Position numbers and translations under genes: made by a program
Source of the DNA: Patescibacteria group bacterium
GTDB lineage: Bacteria > Patescibacteriota > Microgenomatia > UBA8517
Assembly (NCBI GenBank): GCA_036381415.1
Contig: DASVCV010000001.1
Span: forward strand, 69,053-133,052
Reading direction: 5' to 3'
Length of the DNA: 64,000 nt
The notes under the pieces: model-generated
The model's input: only the letters and a program-made list of their open reading frames with translations
What the model was told of the DNA's origin: nothing
Databases searched by the model: none
Shown: positions 8,840-18,276 of the stretch, one piece after another
Layout of the letters: every line of letters starts with the position of its first letter
Numbering within the stretch: position 1 is the first letter of the stretch

Positions 8840-10918
8840 ATGGGAATACCATATTTATTTAATTTACTTTTTTTAATTCTTCCTTTAGTTTTTTTTACAA
8901 ATACCTCAGAAGTATTTGAATTTAATAAACTTGTAACTGTCTATCTCTTTACCATTGTTATAGTTGGACTTTGGATTATTAAAATGGTTCTTCAGAGGAA
9001 AGTAATTTTTCGTCGCACAATACTAGATATTCCTTTACTTTTGTTTTTAGGCACTCAGCTTCTTTCTACAATTCTTTCTATTGATATGAGAACTTCTATA
9101 TTTGGCTACTATTCAAGGTTTAATGGCGGACTTGCTTCATTACTTTGCTATGCCCTACTTTATTGGGCATATGTATCAAATGTAAGTGAGAAAGAAAATA
9201 GAAAAAATATAATTGTTTTATTAATTTCTGGGGTAATTGTAGCTATCTATGGCACTCTGGAGCACTTTGGACATTCTGTCAGCTGTGTTTTTGTTACAGC
9301 AAAATTTGATGATGACTGCTGGGTGCAGGATGTTAAATTTAGGGTCTTTGCAACTTTGGGGCAGCCTAACTGGCTTGCTGCATTTTTGACATCTATTATT
9401 CCTCTTACCTGGGTGTTGACTATTAGTAATGTAGGCAAAAATGTTAGACAAACTTTGGTAAACAAGAAATTTTGGATGTGGAGTGTAGTTTCATTTCTAT
9501 TTTTTTCTACACTTATTTTTACAAGATCAAGATCAGGACTTGCTGCAATTGGACTAGGAGCTATTGTTTTTTGGGGAGGGACCTTACTTTTTAATTTTAC
9601 TCAAAAAGGAAAATTAAATTTAAAAAAATTAAGTACTTCAGGGATAGTATTTGTAGTTATTAATTTACTGCTTATATTGGCAATAGCTATATTTGGAACT
9701 CCTTGGACTCCTTCAATATCAGAATTTATTAATAAACAAAAGGTTAAAGTAGAAGCTTCTTCAACTACTGGTACAACAGCCCTTGAGACTGGAGGAACTG
9801 AATCTGGTGAAATTAGAAAAATTGTTTGGAAAGGAACACTTGATATCTGGAAGGCATATCCAATTACAGGAAGCGGAGTTGAGACCTTTGCCTATTCCTA
9901 TTATCAGTTTAGGCCTGTAGAACATAATTTGGTTTCTGAGTGGGATTTCCTATATAACAAAGCACACAATGAGTTTCTAAATTATTTATCAACTACAGGA
10001 ACACTTGGGTTTTTGGGATATATGGGTTTAATAATTGCTTCTTTGTACCAAATTGGCAAAAACAAAAACATTGCACTTTTGGCAGGTTATATCACTATAT
10101 TAGTAACTAACTTTTTTGGATTTTCAGTTGTGCTTATTTCTTTTCTGTCATTTATTTTCCCTGCAATTGCTTTAGTTAATGCAAATTTAGATAAATGGAG
10201 TGAGAAAGAAACTGAACTTAAATTTGATACTGATTCTAAAAAGATTTGGGTAGGAATAGCTGGTTTTGGAATGTTATTTTTACTGGTTTTGGTAGGAAGA
10301 TACTGGCAGGCTGACTACTTCTATTCTCTAGGAAAAAGAGAATATCAGGCAGCAAAATATACAAATGCTGCAAGAGATATTAGAAGTGCAATAAACCTCT
10401 CACCCACTGAGGCAGTCTTTCATCAAGAGTTATCCACACAGTATGCCAACTATGCTTTAGGCTTACTTGAACAAAAGGATGCAACTTCTGCTGCAACTTT
10501 GGCTGAGGCTGCAATTAACCAAGGACAAGATGCTTTGGAGATGTCGCCCCGCAATGTGGTTATTAGAAGAGCATATATTTCTACACTTATTAATCTTTCT
10601 ATATTTGACCAGTCAATGCTAACAAGTGCAAGAGATCTTTTAAAAGACACAATGGCACTTGCACCAACTGATCCAAGACTACCCTTTACTTTGGGCAAGG
10701 TCTATTACAGGATGGGCCAGGATGGTGAGGCAATAACAGCACTTGAGAAAGCAGTGGAGTTAAAGCCCAACTATGAGGATGCAAGAATTGCTTTAGAAGG
10801 ACTTTATAAAAAGGATGGAAAATTAGACAAAGCCAGAGAGCAATTGGAATATGTCCTAAAATACATTGCCCCTGATGATGCTTCTTTAAAAGAAGAGCTA
10901 AACAGCCTTGGAAAATGA
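8840..10918 (+). CDS. O-antigen ligase / Wzy_C-family membrane protein with C-terminal TPRs
   Basis: Many TM helices, TLGQPNWLAA, TRSRSG, AHNEFL; TPR-like C-terminus. Confidence 0.85.
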   Translation: MGIPYLFNLLFLILPLVFFTNTSEVFEFNKLVTVYLFTIVIVGLWIIKMVLQRKVIFRRTILDIPLLLFLGTQLLSTILSIDMRTSIFGYYSRFNGGLASLLCYALLYWAYVSNVSEKENRKNIIVLLISGVIVAIYGTLEHFGHSVSCVFVTAKFDDDCWVQDVKFRVFATLGQPNWLAAFLTSIIPLTWVLTISNVGKNVRQTLVNKKFWMWSVVSFLFFSTLIFTRSRSGLAAIGLGAIVFWGGTLLFNFTQKGKLNLKKLSTSGIVFVVINLLLILAIAIFGTPWTPSISEFINKQKVKVEASSTTGTTALETGGTESGEIRKIVWKGTLDIWKAYPITGSGVETFAYSYYQFRPVEHNLVSEWDFLYNKAHNEFLNYLSTTGTLGFLGYMGLIIASLYQIGKNKNIALLAGYITILVTNFFGFSVVLISFLSFIFPAIALVNANLDKWSEKETELKFDTDSKKIWVGIAGFGMLFLLVLVGRYWQADYFYSLGKREYQAAKYTNAARDIRSAINLSPTEAVFHQELSTQYANYALGLLEQKDATSAATLAEAAINQGQDALEMSPRNVVIRRAYISTLINLSIFDQSMLTSARDLLKDTMALAPTDPRLPFTLGKVYYRMGQDGEAITALEKAVELKPNYEDARIALEGLYKKDGKLDKAREQLEYVLKYIAPDDASLKEELNSLGK

Positions 10919-10930
10919 TATAATTGAGGC

Positions 10931-11485
10931 ATGATACGTAAAATTGTTGATGTAAAAAACCCTGTTTTGAGGGAAAAATCAAAAGAAGTTAAAAAAATAG
11001 ACAAAAAAATTAAAGAGTTGGTTGGTGATATGATGGAGACTTTGGAGGTACAGGAGGACCCAGAAGGAGTTGGACTAGCTGCACCCCAAGTAGGACGTGA
11101 TTTAAGAATTTTTGTCATGGATTACAGCGGCAAAAAAAGAGTGGTTATAAATCCTTGCGTACTGGAAGTAAGTGAAGGGTTAAAGGCAAAGCCAAAAACT
11201 AAGGCTAAAAATGGAAAGAAAAAGAAAGACAGAAACATACTTGAAGGGTGTTTGTCTCTTCCTAATTACTATGGCCCTATCAAAAGACCTCAGAGAATTA
11301 AAATAAGCTATATGGATTTAAATGGTAAAAAACAGGTAGAAGAATTTAATGGGTTTTTTGCACAGATAGTCCAGCATGAGATGGACCATCTTAATGGAGT
11401 TTTATTTATAGATAGAATACTAGAACAGAAGTCCCCTTTGTACAAATTTGAGGGTGATGAGTGGGAGGAAGTAGAACTCATATAA
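10931..11485 (+). CDS. def: peptide deformylase
   Basis: GVGLAAPQVG, EGCLS, QHEMDHLNG. Confidence 0.97.
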   Translation: MIRKIVDVKNPVLREKSKEVKKIDKKIKELVGDMMETLEVQEDPEGVGLAAPQVGRDLRIFVMDYSGKKRVVINPCVLEVSEGLKAKPKTKAKNGKKKKDRNILEGCLSLPNYYGPIKRPQRIKISYMDLNGKKQVEEFNGFFAQIVQHEMDHLNGVLFIDRILEQKSPLYKFEGDEWEEVELI

Positions 11486-11536
11486 TTATAAGCAAAGCTT
11501 GGCAAAATATATTTATAATATGAAGAAAGGAATTTT

Positions 11537-12391
11537 GTGAAAATAATCTTTTTTGGAACACCTGAATTTGTAATCCCAGTTGCAGAAGCACTCCGTAAGG
11601 AGTTTGATCATGGGGTGGAAAAAAACCTAGTTGCAGTTGTTACACAGCCTGCAAAACCAGCAGGAAGAGAACAAACAATGAAATATTCCCCTGTTGATAA
11701 CTGGGCTTATAAACATAGAATTCCTATTGTTAGGGATTTAAAAAATGATGAATTGCCTGAAGCTGATTTGGGAGTGGTAGCTGCATATGGAGAGATTATT
11801 CCACAAAATGTGATTGATCATTTTAAATATGGAATTATTAATATTCACCCTTCCCTTCTTCCCCTTTTTAGAGGAGCTTCTCCGATCCAGTCTGCTATAG
11901 CAAGCGGAGAAACTCAAACTGGAGTAAGTGTTATAAAAATGGATGAACAAATGGACCATGGTCCAATTATTTCTTATTTTAAGGAAGATATATTGTCTGA
12001 GGATACCAACGAGACTTTGACTAAAAGATTGTTTGAAAGAGCAAGCGATTTTGTAGTAAATCTAATCCCAAACTATGTAAGCGGAAAAATAAAACTTAAG
12101 GAGCAAGACCATTCCAAGGCAACCTTCACAAAGGTTTTAAAAAGAGAAGATGGATTTATTGATTTAGAAAAAGGGACTGCCCAGGAGGCTGAAAGAAAAA
12201 TAAGGGCAATGCAGCCATGGCCTGGAGCCTGGACAAAGCTGGAGAATGGGAAACGATTAAAGCTCCTAAAAGCACATGTAGAAAATGAAAAATTGATACT
12301 AGATGAAGTACAGCTTGAGGGGAAAACCCCAGTAACAGGAGAAGAATTTAGGCGTGGATACCCAGACTTGAAGCTTGGCTTGAACGGGTAA
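11537..12391 (+). CDS. fmt: methionyl-tRNA formyltransferase
   Basis: FFGTPEF, NIHPSLLP, GASPIQ, MDHGPI; follows def. Confidence 0.95.
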   Translation: MKIIFFGTPEFVIPVAEALRKEFDHGVEKNLVAVVTQPAKPAGREQTMKYSPVDNWAYKHRIPIVRDLKNDELPEADLGVVAAYGEIIPQNVIDHFKYGIINIHPSLLPLFRGASPIQSAIASGETQTGVSVIKMDEQMDHGPIISYFKEDILSEDTNETLTKRLFERASDFVVNLIPNYVSGKIKLKEQDHSKATFTKVLKREDGFIDLEKGTAQEAERKIRAMQPWPGAWTKLENGKRLKLLKAHVENEKLILDEVQLEGKTPVTGEEFRRGYPDLKLGLNG

Positions 12392-12608
12392 GTCCTTTTC
12401 CTTTAAACTTTTTAATACACTTTGCACAGAGCTTCATTTTTGTCCATGTTCCATCTACCAAGACAGTTGCACTTTGCAGGTTTGGTTTAAAGGTTCTTAG
12501 GGTCATTGGAGCTCTTTTCTTCCAACGTTTACCAGCCACACCTCTATGATGAACTTGAGTGCGGCCTGCTACTATTTTCTTTCCACAGCTTTCGCAAATG
12601 TATGCCAT
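12348..12608 (-). CDS. rpmB: 50S ribosomal protein L28
   Basis: Start moved to ATG 12608 (MAYICESCGKK...RTFKPNLQ...KLCAKCIK), the zinc-type L28 pattern. Confidence 0.9.
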   Translation of the reverse strand: MAYICESCGKKIVAGRTQVHHRGVAGKRWKKRAPMTLRTFKPNLQSATVLVDGTWTKMKLCAKCIKKFKGKGLTRSSQASSLGIHA

Positions 12609-12643
12609 GTCTGGTATTATATAGAAAATACGCTTTTTTTTCA

Positions 12644-13306
12644 ATGTTAAGTTCAATATTTGCCGATCCAACTCGTATTATAATTACAATTGTTTCTTTA
12701 ATTGCAGCAGTGACTGTACATGAATTTGCGCATGCATTTATGGCTAACTATTTGGGTGATCCTACTCCCAGACTCCAAGGTAGGCTTACTCTTAATCCTT
12801 TAGCACACCTTGATCCTTTAGGAAGCCTAGTATTTATAATCACATCCTTTTTCCAGTTTCCTTTTGGTTGGGGAAAACCAGTCCAATTTGATCCATTTAA
12901 TCTGCAAAACCCCAAAAGAGACGCAGCTTTAATCTCAGTTGCAGGGCCTATTTCTAACATTATTTTTGCTAGCACTCTTTCTTTAATACTACGATTTACT
13001 TTCGACCCCTTTTCTCCTTATTCACAAGTTTTTGTTCTAATACGTGCCCTAATCGAACTAAATGTTGTACTTGCTGTATTTAATCTAGTTCCAATTCATC
13101 CACTAGATGGTGGCAAAATTTTAGTAGGACTTCTTCCTACTGGCGAGGCCAGAGCTGTTGATAGATTCTTAAGCCAATATGGCCTTTTTGTACTTTTAAT
13201 TTTAATCTTTCCTCTTTTTGGAGGAGTTCCACTAATTTCAATTATTATCTCTCCAGTTGTTCAATTTCTTCTTAGTGTTTTTATTCCTGGAGCTAGGTTT
13301 ATTTAG
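12644..13306 (+). CDS. site-2 protease family (M50) membrane metalloprotease
   Basis: HEFAH, GRLTLNPLAHLDP, AGPISN, FNLVPIHPLDGG; start moved to ATG 12644. Confidence 0.92.
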   Translation: MLSSIFADPTRIIITIVSLIAAVTVHEFAHAFMANYLGDPTPRLQGRLTLNPLAHLDPLGSLVFIITSFFQFPFGWGKPVQFDPFNLQNPKRDAALISVAGPISNIIFASTLSLILRFTFDPFSPYSQVFVLIRALIELNVVLAVFNLVPIHPLDGGKILVGLLPTGEARAVDRFLSQYGLFVLLILIFPLFGGVPLISIIISPVVQFLLSVFIPGARFI

Positions 13307-13339
13307 CTACATTCCCAGCTTTTTAGGACTTGTCTTAAT

Positions 13340-13348
13340 TGATATAAT
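13340..13348 (+). promoter_or_regulatory. extended -10 promoter element for the putative 6S RNA
   Basis: TGATATAAT ending 6 nt before the 5' end of the long RNA hairpin. Confidence 0.6.
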
Positions 13349-13354
13349 AAGTAT

Positions 13355-13543
13355 GACCCTGCAAGTGGGTTTAAGGTTAAGGAATTTTTTCCTTACTACG
13401 AGTTTTATAGGGTGCCGATCTTAATTGAAAGGCCGTCTAGGGGCGAATCTCCATCTACCCGTGGGTTTTTGGATGAGCCCACCCACCTAGTTCATAGGTT
13501 AGGGGAAAACTTGTACCTTGGCCTTATTACCCTATGCAGGGTC
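13355..13543 (+). ncRNA. ssrS: probable 6S RNA
   Basis: 189 nt; ends pair perfectly (GACCCTGCA/TGCAGGGTC); further rod-like pairings TAAGGTT/GGCCTTA, AAGG/CCTT, TTTTCCTTA/TAGGGGAAAA; own promoter upstream, T-tract downstream. Confidence 0.7.
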
Positions 13544-13565
13544 TTTTTTGGTATAATTTGGGCAT

Positions 13566-13637
13566 GCCGATGTAGCTCAAAAGTAGAGCGAGCGATTTGT
13601 AATCGCTAGGTTGAGATTGCAAAATTCTCCATCGGCT
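13566..13637 (+). tRNA. tRNA-Thr(TGT) with non-canonical D and T loops
   Basis: Acceptor GCCGATG/CATCGGC, D stem GCTC/GAGC, anticodon arm AGCGA-TTTGTAA-TCGCT; T loop TGCAAAA; CCA not encoded. Confidence 0.85.
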
Positions 13638-13679
13638 CAGATATTGACTTCGGATGTAATTCGGACTAATCTGAGATTA

Positions 13680-14477
13680 ATGTCCTTTGGTTTTTATTCG
13701 TCTCCTGAGTATCGAAAATCGCAATCAGATATTGCAAAGAGTAATTGGGAAAATGGGACATATTCTTTTCGCATTAAACCTCTAGAAACTCGGATTTGTA
13801 AAAACCCAGATTGCAATAAAACTTTTAGAGTAAAGCCATATGACCTCAAAATATATTGCTCACACCACTGTTCTGCTCATATTGGAAATATGGGTAGAAA
13901 ACTGTCTCTATTAACAAGACATAAAATGTCTATGTCAGCATCTCTACCCCGCTCTTTACATAAACGAAGAATTCTTCCCCGTATAAGCCTGGTATGCGTT
14001 GGATGTGGGAAAAAATTTGAGGTTGTTCCATATTTAGCTAAAAAAAGAAAATATTGCAGTTCTATGTGTGCAATTAAAACCATTGGGTCAAGAACTACTT
14101 CACCTAAGGCATCAAAAGGCAAACCAGGAATTAGAAAAGATATTGATCCAAACATTTGTTTTTATAGTACTTGGGAGGCAAATATTGCAAGAGTGTTTAA
14201 CTTGGTAGGGTTAAGGTGGGTTTATGCTCCTAAGATATTTGACCTAGGCCAACATACTTATAGACCAGATTTTTACCTTCCTGATTTTGATATGTACATA
14301 GAAGTAAAAAACTTTTTGGGTACTTATTCCCTAGAAAGGCATATTCTTTTTAAGAGAAAATATCCAAAGATAAAGCTCAAATTACTTCTAAAAAGTGATT
14401 ATCTTAAAATACAAGAAAATTACAGAGATTTAATTGATAATTGGGAAGGACCAAATGCTCCCTATCCAAAGGTGTAA
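13680..14477 (+). CDS. free-standing homing-type endonuclease (Zn-binding repeats plus C-terminal PD-(D/E)XK domain)
   Basis: Two C-x2/4-C...F.V.PY...YCSxxC repeats, NUMOD3-like KLSLLTRHKMS, STWEANIA...YRPDFYLP...IEVK nuclease core; start moved to ATG 13680 to avoid overlapping the tRNA. Confidence 0.75.
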   Translation: MSFGFYSSPEYRKSQSDIAKSNWENGTYSFRIKPLETRICKNPDCNKTFRVKPYDLKIYCSHHCSAHIGNMGRKLSLLTRHKMSMSASLPRSLHKRRILPRISLVCVGCGKKFEVVPYLAKKRKYCSSMCAIKTIGSRTTSPKASKGKPGIRKDIDPNICFYSTWEANIARVFNLVGLRWVYAPKIFDLGQHTYRPDFYLPDFDMYIEVKNFLGTYSLERHILFKRKYPKIKLKLLLKSDYLKIQENYRDLIDNWEGPNAPYPKV

Positions 14478-14516
14478 ACCAAGGCTTGAATTGATATAAT
14501 ACATTGTAATTAGTAG

Positions 14517-14599
14517 GCTGGGATGGCGGAGTGGACAATCGCTCGGGACTGTAAATCCCGCGTCGCAAGACTACCTAGGTTCGAATCCTAGTCCCAGCA
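14517..14599 (+). tRNA. tRNA-Tyr(GTA)
   Basis: GCTGGGA/TCCCAGC acceptor, CGGGA-CTGTAAA-TCCCG anticodon arm, long variable arm, GGTTCGAATCC. Confidence 0.95.
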
Positions 14600-14607
14600 C
14601 ACAATTA

Positions 14608-14681
14608 GCCCGATTAGTTCAACGGCAGAACGGAGTCTTGGTAAGACTCAGACGAGAGTTCAATTCTCTCATTGGGCTCCA
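14608..14681 (+). tRNA. tRNA-Thr(GGT)
   Basis: GAGTC-TTGGTAA-GACTC anticodon arm, GAGAG-TTCAATT-CTCTC T arm, encoded CCA. Confidence 0.95.
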
Positions 14682-14744
14682 GAGCAAGCTTAGCTTGGCT
14701 GCTTCACAGTAGAATCTAGCCTCATCTTCTGATACAATATAGCC

Positions 14745-14918
14745 ATGGCAAAAAAAGGAGCTAGAGAAATAGTTGCACTTGTATGTTCTGTGTGTAAATC
14801 TCAGAACTATGTAACTACCCGCAACAAAGTAAATATGGAGGAAAAGCTAGTATTAGAAAAATACTGCAAGAAATGCAAGAAGTACACTTCACACAAAGAA
14901 ACTGCTAAGCTTAAGTAG
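14745..14918 (+). CDS. rpmG: 50S ribosomal protein L33 (57 aa, absent from the ORF track)
   Basis: Manual translation MAKKGAREIVALVCSVCKSQNYVTTRNKVNMEEKLVLEKYCKKCKKYTSHKETAKLK; canonical position after the Thr-Tyr-Thr tRNAs. Confidence 0.95.
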   Translation: MAKKGAREIVALVCSVCKSQNYVTTRNKVNMEEKLVLEKYCKKCKKYTSHKETAKLK

Positions 14919-16225
14919 TGGAATCTACTTTAATTCTTTTTACTGCAGCTCCAACAGGTTTAGGACACATTAGAGTAATGGATGCTCTAAAAGATGGATT
15001 ATATCCTGGAGCTAAATATGAGACAGTAGGATTAGGAAATGTTAATGCTGGCAAAATCCATTCTTTAGGAAGCAGAATCCCCTTTTTAACAAAGCTTACT
15101 GAGTTTTACCAAACCAACCCTTTAGCTGAAAGATTTGTTTCTAAGTTTTACCTAGATTATTTAAAAAGACAAAAAGGAGAAACACTTAGCTATTTAAGTG
15201 ATGTAGCTAAAAAACATCCTGACAGTAAATTTTGGGTTGTAATATCTACCCACTATGCTTTGGCTTTTTCCATTCTTTCTGTAAAGAAAGAAGTAAAAGA
15301 AAAATTTGGAGTGGATATAATGCTTTGTGTTGTTGTTACTGATGATTCACCTCAAAGAGTCTGGGCAGTAAAGGGAGCTGATATTATCTTTGCACCAAGT
15401 ACTAAGACCAGAGATGGACTTGTTAAATTAGGAGTTGATCCGGCAGTAGTAAAAGTCATTTCATTTCCAGTTTCACCCAGGCTTGCTCAACACCTATCTA
15501 ATGATGAACTCCAAGGAGTAATTGAGCAGCTTGATCCGGAAGGATCTTACCCTATGCAAATAGAAATTCCAGTATCAGGAGCTGCAGTACAGCTTCCCTA
15601 TTTAGAAACAATAATTAAAACACTTGCTCCTGAAGCATTTCAGTTTACTGTAATTGGACTTTCATCTTCATACACAGTTGGTTTTTTTGAAAGAATAACA
15701 AAACTTCCTCATGTGCAAACAAGCATTGGAACAACAAGCAAACAGACGGTTGAATTGTATGAGTCTCTTTTTTACCAGCCAATTAGACCAGCGGTAGAAA
15801 TCACAAAACCATCTGAACAGACCTTTAAGGCAATTTTAAAGCCCAGAGAAAGAGGTGGAGTTATCTTACTTTTAACTGCTCCTGTTGGAAGGCAGGAATA
15901 TGACAATCTTAACTTCTTACAAAGACATAGATTAATGCCGAATAAAGAAGAACAGAAAATATTAGAGGAAGTTACAAATGGCAGAAAACTAACTGATGAA
16001 GAGGGAGCAAAACTTCATTATATGGCATCTCACTGGAGGGCAATACAGTTACCAAATGATCCTTTAAAAGCAGCTAGTTTTATAAAAGGATTAAGAAAAC
16101 AAAGAATACTTGCTTCCATGCTTTCATATGTATCAGAGACTTCTGATGAACTTACTTCAGATGGAGTAAAAATGATTTGGGATGAAATAAATAGAAGAAT
16201 AGCCAGCTTTAATAAAAATATCTAA
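14918..16225 (+). CDS. hypothetical protein, possibly a GT-B (UgtP/MGDG synthase-like) glycosyltransferase
   Basis: GLGHIRVMDAL, ISTH, VVTD...W, FPV, ITKP, PVGRQEYDN echo GT28/UgtP motifs. Confidence 0.5.
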   Translation: MESTLILFTAAPTGLGHIRVMDALKDGLYPGAKYETVGLGNVNAGKIHSLGSRIPFLTKLTEFYQTNPLAERFVSKFYLDYLKRQKGETLSYLSDVAKKHPDSKFWVVISTHYALAFSILSVKKEVKEKFGVDIMLCVVVTDDSPQRVWAVKGADIIFAPSTKTRDGLVKLGVDPAVVKVISFPVSPRLAQHLSNDELQGVIEQLDPEGSYPMQIEIPVSGAAVQLPYLETIIKTLAPEAFQFTVIGLSSSYTVGFFERITKLPHVQTSIGTTSKQTVELYESLFYQPIRPAVEITKPSEQTFKAILKPRERGGVILLLTAPVGRQEYDNLNFLQRHRLMPNKEEQKILEEVTNGRKLTDEEGAKLHYMASHWRAIQLPNDPLKAASFIKGLRKQRILASMLSYVSETSDELTSDGVKMIWDEINRRIASFNKNI

Positions 16226-16230
16226 ATAAG

Positions 16231-16608
16231 CTATTTTTTGCCGTTTTCTGCTGGCAATTTGATACCTGAATTTTCTTTGTAATCTTCCAAGTTGTAATAA
16301 ACCCTTTTACCTGGTTTTGAGGCAAGGTCAAATACCCAAGCTTTATTAATTTGACTTACTGTATGGTGGTCGGTGCGTAGAAATTTCCCCTTTTTATGGT
16401 TGTAATAAATTAAGGGGCCTTCTAATACAACTACTGTATCTGTACTAGCCCTGGTAAAGAAACCTCTTGCACGGAGGGCATCTAGGGCATTTATGGCATC
16501 AAGATCACAAAGTGTGCCTTCTCCAGCCTGTTCAAGGCTCCCTAGAACCTCTTCCATGGAGGCTTTTATCTCTTCTTTGGCATGTTCTAATATGTCAGGT
16601 CTAACCAT
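16231..16608 (-). CDS. hypothetical protein
   Basis: 125-aa ORF filling the gap, TGATATAAT just upstream of the ATG. Confidence 0.65.
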   Translation of the reverse strand: MVRPDILEHAKEEIKASMEEVLGSLEQAGEGTLCDLDAINALDALRARGFFTRASTDTVVVLEGPLIYYNHKKGKFLRTDHHTVSQINKAWVFDLASKPGKRVYYNLEDYKENSGIKLPAENGKK

Positions 16609-16671
16609 TCGTGTATTATATCAAACTAGAACAACTTGAGGAGCAAAACACATGTTATAATAGCTAGGCAA

Positions 16672-16742
16672 AGGGGTGTCGTTCAGAGGCAGGACAGCGG
16701 TCTCCAAAACCGCTAACGAAGGTTCGATTCCTTCCACCCCTG
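16672..16742 (+). tRNA. tRNA-Trp(CCA)
   Basis: AGGGGTG/CACCCCT acceptor, GCGGT-CTCCAAA-ACCGC anticodon arm, GGTTCGATTCC. Confidence 0.95.
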
Positions 16743-16746
16743 CAGA

Positions 16747-17469
16747 TTAACTGTTAAACTTTCCCCATCCTCCATATATGTTTTGAGAAAGGCTGTTGTT
16801 GTTGAATATTCCCCAAATCTGCATTATTCCCCCCATGAAGCTGCCTGCAAAAACTCTCAAGATTCCTACTTTTTTGTATCTTCTGTCACAAGGAACAAAT
16901 TTGTAATTTAAGATATCAAATTTATAATCTTTCTCCACTGCTCTATCTATTAAATCTATATCTTCTGCAATTTTTAAATTCTCATCAAATTCACCTAATT
17001 TTTTGAAGACACTCTTTTTAACCCAAAGACATTGGGCTTCTCCATCAGGCCCTTTTGTCTTTCTTCTTAAATATTTACTGCTGTTCCAAACTCCATAGAT
17101 CATTTTCATTTTGAAAGAAAGTGGATAAGTGTCAAAATAACAGCAGGCAATATCAAGCTTCTGGGTGATAAAGCTTTGGTAGCAGTTTCCTAAAAAATTA
17201 ATATCAAAACTAATGTCTGCATCCAGGAAAAGAAGAATATTTCCTTTGGCAAACTTTACTGCATTGTTTCTGCCAAAAGTTTGATGGCCCCCTTCAACAA
17301 CTCTTGCCCCTGACTTTTTTGCAATTTGCCTTGTTTTATCTTTGGACTTGGCATCTGCAACTATAACTTCAAAATTCTGCCAGGTCTGGTTTTTAAGACA
17401 CTCAAGAAGGATTGATATATATTTTTCTTCGTTGAGGGTAGGAATTATAACTGAGATTAGGCTGCTCAT
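16747..17469 (-). CDS. glycosyltransferase family 2
   Basis: SVIIPTLNEE, VAD..SKD, GRN, FLDAD, ED motifs. Confidence 0.92.
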   Translation of the reverse strand: MSSLISVIIPTLNEEKYISILLECLKNQTWQNFEVIVADAKSKDKTRQIAKKSGARVVEGGHQTFGRNNAVKFAKGNILLFLDADISFDINFLGNCYQSFITQKLDIACCYFDTYPLSFKMKMIYGVWNSSKYLRRKTKGPDGEAQCLWVKKSVFKKLGEFDENLKIAEDIDLIDRAVEKDYKFDILNYKFVPCDRRYKKVGILRVFAGSFMGGIMQIWGIFNNNSLSQNIYGGWGKFNS

Positions 17470-17562
17470 GAGTTCTATTGTAGGTTAAACTTTCTTATTT
17501 TGAAAGAGAGGCAGATAACTATACTATTTGACAGTATTTTAAATTACACACATAATAAGGTT

Positions 17563-18249
17563 ATGAGACAAAAAGGTTTCTCAGCAATTATTGTAGTGAT
17601 TGCAGCTCTAGCAATTGCACTCATTGCAGGTGGGGTTGTCTATTTTGGATCAAAAGGCGGATATAATGCAGTACCAGCCACTCAACAGACCTCTAGTCCA
17701 ACTCCCGTGACTTTACAAACTCCAACACCAACTCCTTCTACAACTAGCGAGATTCAGGGTGGAAAACTGTACACTTCCCAAGCTCTAGGAGCTTCTTTTT
17801 CATACCCTACCACTGCTGGTGTAAAGGAAGTAGGAAATAAGATTTATGTGTATATGACAGATACTGCAACTGGAGCTGAAGGAGGCCAATATATTGAAAT
17901 GTTTGAGAAACCAAAAGACCAGTCAATTGATGATGCAATTAAAGAAAAATTCTTAGCAGGGAAACCTGACTTTTGTACAGTAAGGGTTTCAACTCAAGAT
18001 AATTCATTTACTAATTATCAAAAAAGAGAAATTGCATACCCAACGGATGATAACTCTGGTGAGCCTTGGTTTGCCAAGCAAGAACAGTGTGGTCCATACT
18101 CCATTTCAAATGGGATTGCCTATTTTATATATGATCCAGCACATCCTACCCAATATGCATACTTAAGTATTGGACAGTATGGAATTACTTTTGACAACAA
18201 CTCAAATCCTCCACAGACTTGGCAAAGCACAATTAAGTTTTTGAAGTAA
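17563..18249 (+). CDS. membrane-anchored protein with prepilin-like N-terminus
   Basis: Start moved to ATG 17563: MRQKG-FSAIIVVIA (class III signal-like), TM helix, Pro/Thr linker. Confidence 0.7.
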   Translation: MRQKGFSAIIVVIAALAIALIAGGVVYFGSKGGYNAVPATQQTSSPTPVTLQTPTPTPSTTSEIQGGKLYTSQALGASFSYPTTAGVKEVGNKIYVYMTDTATGAEGGQYIEMFEKPKDQSIDDAIKEKFLAGKPDFCTVRVSTQDNSFTNYQKREIAYPTDDNSGEPWFAKQEQCGPYSISNGIAYFIYDPAHPTQYAYLSIGQYGITFDNNSNPPQTWQSTIKFLK

Positions 18250-18276
18250 ACCACTAGAAGATCTCATAAGTAAAAT

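Noticed and set aside
13412-13609. 65-aa ORF
   Set aside because: Overlaps the probable 6S RNA and tRNA-Thr; no protein-like features.
13566-14599. Endonuclease as part of a tRNA group I intron
   Set aside because: Both flanking tRNAs are complete and uninterrupted, and no group I core elements were seen.
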